Positions 62,071 through 64,000 of a DNA stretch of 64,000 bases are shown here, one piece after another. Below the pieces are notes generated by a model. It was not told the origin of the DNA and did no database searches. It was given only the letters and a program-made list of their open reading frames with translations. The position numbers were made by a program, and so were the translations under genes. The number at the start of each line of letters is the position of its first letter. Position 1 is the stretch's first letter. Origin of the DNA: Candidatus Omnitrophota bacterium (GTDB lineage: Bacteria; Omnitrophota; Gorgyraeia; Zapsychrales; Zapsychraceae); the NCBI GenBank assembly GCA_021108075.1, contig JAIORP010000029.1, positions 10,311 through 74,310 on the forward strand, given 5' to 3'.

Positions 62071-62865
62071 ATGAAATATAAAAATTTATTACTATTAATA
62101 ATATTTAATTTTTACTTTATTACTGCTTCTAGTATTACATGGAGCCTGGAGGCAAAGAAGTGGACTGAGCACAAGAGCGAGCATTTTATTATTTATTACA
62201 GAACTGCACCAAAAGATTTTGTTAAGACGGTTGAGAAGTCAGCTGAAATATATTACAAAGAGATTACAAGGAATTTGGGTTTTAACCGTTTTCATAGCTG
62301 GACCTGGGACCGTCGCGCTAAGATATATATTTATGACGATAAGGAGGATTATCACCAATCCGGAAAATTTGAATGGTCTCATGGTGTGGCTTTTTCAAGG
62401 GCCAAAGTTATTGAAACGTATCCATCCGCACACGGTTTTTTTGACACCATCCTGCCCCATGAAATCGGGCATATTATTTTTAGGGAGTTTGTTGGTTTTC
62501 GGGCAAGAATTCCAACCTGGTTCGAAGAAGGTGTTGCCATGAATCAAGAAAAAGCCAAAAGATGGGGAGCAGACAAAGTCGTTGCTAAGGCGATTGCTGA
62601 TGAGACGTTTATTCCTTTGACGGACTTGAGTCAAGTCCACCTTAACCGGTTTACGAGTAAAGACACCGTTAAATTGTTTTATGCGGAGTCTGCTTCAATT
62701 GTCAGTTTTATGATCAATAAAGGCGGCAAACATAAATTTGTCCGTTTTTGTCGAAAATTGAAAGATGGTGACCCTTTTGAATGGGTCTTTGAGAAAGTTT
62801 ATTTGCAATATCGTTCAATAGAAAGATTGAATAAATCTTGGGTAAAATATTTACAGGATCAATAA
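62071..62865 (+). CDS. exported peptidase MA-like (gluzincin) protein
   Basis: N-terminal signal/TM segment, zinc motif HEIGH and downstream PTWFEEGVA third ligand. Confidence 0.8.
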   Translation: MKYKNLLLLIIFNFYFITASSITWSLEAKKWTEHKSEHFIIYYRTAPKDFVKTVEKSAEIYYKEITRNLGFNRFHSWTWDRRAKIYIYDDKEDYHQSGKFEWSHGVAFSRAKVIETYPSAHGFFDTILPHEIGHIIFREFVGFRARIPTWFEEGVAMNQEKAKRWGADKVVAKAIADETFIPLTDLSQVHLNRFTSKDTVKLFYAESASIVSFMINKGGKHKFVRFCRKLKDGDPFEWVFEKVYLQYRSIERLNKSWVKYLQDQ

Positions 62866-64000
62866 ATGAAGAAACATTATCATTTTGTCGGTATCGGTGG
62901 TGTCGGTATGGGCGCGATAGCGAAACTGTTGCTTGCAAAAGGTCAGCACGTTAGCGGTTCAGATATCAGATGGAATAAAATTACCAATGAATTAAAAGTC
63001 AAAGGTGCGAAAATATACAGAGGGCATGATTATTTTAACTTGGAAGGAGTAGACTGTGTTGTCGTCTCTACGGCGATTCATCAAGATAACCCGGAATTAT
63101 TAGCCGCGCGCCAAAAAAAAATCCCGATTTATCATCGGGCTGAGTTGCTGGCCGAAATTATGAAGCAATATACATCCATCGCTGTATCCGGAGCGCATGG
63201 TAAAACCACAACATCCGCGATGATTGCGAACGCGCTTTGTGCCGTGGGGTGTGATCCTCAGGTTGTTATTGGCGGGATTGTTGATAACAAAGAATCTTTG
63301 GCCAGGTCAGGTAAAGGCAAATATTTTGTCGCGGAACTCGACGAGAGTGACGGTTCTTTTCTTCAGTTTTATCCAATGTATTCCATTATTACGAACATCG
63401 ACTTGGAACATCTGGATTTTTATAAAGACTGGGATCACGTCATTAAAGTGTACCGGATGTTTGTTCATCAGACGCAACCAGGGGGTTTGGTTATTGCAAA
63501 CGGCGATGACAAAAAATTAAGGCAGATACTGCAAAAGAGTGATGTAACATTTGTCACCTATGGATTTAATCCGTATAATCAAGTGACGGCAAAGAATATC
63601 AAATTTGATAACTTTCAAAGCAGTTTTGACTGTTTTGTCCAGGGCGAGAATAAGGGCCGTGTCGTTCTGAATGTTCCCGGTCAATATAACATTTCAAATG
63701 CCTTGGCTTGTTTAACGTTTACGACATCATTGTCTCTGGATTTCAATAAGGTGAGTGAAAGTTTGGCCAATTATAAGGGCGTTCAACGTCGTTTTCAATT
63801 GATTGGAAAGGTTGAGGATGTTGTGATCGTCGATGACTATGCGCATCATCCGACGGAAATCAGAGCAACCCTCGAAGCAGTTAAACGGTTCCAGCGCAAA
63901 AGAGCGATTATTCTCTTTCAGCCGCATCGTTATTCCCGTTTTCACTTATTATTTAATGATTTTGCAGAAAGTCTCAGCGATTGTGATTATCTCATTGTAA
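62866..64000 (+). CDS. murC: UDP-N-acetylmuramate--L-alanine ligase, 3' end outside the window (absent from the ORF track)
   Basis: Manual translation gives MKKHYHFVGIGGVGMG, VSGSD, GAHGKTTT, ELDESDGSF, DDYAHHPTE and FQPHRYSR; in frame at both ends, with no stop at the window edge. Confidence 0.95.
   Translation, partial: MKKHYHFVGIGGVGMGAIAKLLLAKGQHVSGSDIRWNKITNELKVKGAKIYRGHDYFNLEGVDCVVVSTAIHQDNPELLAARQKKIPIYHRAELLAEIMKQYTSIAVSGAHGKTTTSAMIANALCAVGCDPQVVIGGIVDNKESLARSGKGKYFVAELDESDGSFLQFYPMYSIITNIDLEHLDFYKDWDHVIKVYRMFVHQTQPGGLVIANGDDKKLRQILQKSDVTFVTYGFNPYNQVTAKNIKFDNFQSSFDCFVQGENKGRVVLNVPGQYNISNALACLTFTTSLSLDFNKVSESLANYKGVQRRFQLIGKVEDVVIVDDYAHHPTEIRATLEAVKRFQRKRAIILFQPHRYSRFHLLFNDFAESLSDCDYLIV

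Noticed and set aside
63224-63945. Short ORFs listed at the end of the window
   Set aside because: They are out-of-frame or antisense to murC, which runs from 62866 off the window edge.

Overview
Bacterial chromosomal core region, almost all on the + strand. The gene content is diderm and includes peptidoglycan genes; the gene order and protein families suggest Candidatus Omnitrophota/PVC, which is inference only. In order: a partial sigma-70 gene, apt, a TMTC-like membrane/TPR protein, tRNA-Arg(CCT), two paralogous beta-barrel porins, a membrane-anchored carbohydrate-binding-like protein, an orphan ParA fused to a CBM48 glycogen-binding domain, Lys-rich proteins, rpsO-pnp, ftsK-rodZ-rimO-pgsA-pgpA, a methyltransferase/GT2/GT-C glycosylation block, inverted pncC(cinA)-thpR, the riboflavin operon with nusB, a ketosynthase homolog lacking its catalytic triad plus fabG/fabZ, tRNA-Pro(CGG), ligA, xerD, a tRNA nucleotidyltransferase, rbfA-nrnA-truB-ribF, and the dcw cluster (mraZ to partial murC) with a zinc peptidase inserted. 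Best novelty candidates: (1) the ParA-CBM48 module, a possible glycogen/glucan positioning system; (2) tandem NrdR-like, DnaA-like and MraZ boxes on the dcw promoter; (3) a five-copy TA-flanked Correia-like MITE family that creates outward -10 elements; (4) a partnerless pseudo-ketosynthase; (5) a secreted gluzincin with zero spacer between murG and murC. No CRISPR array, rRNA or transposase was seen.
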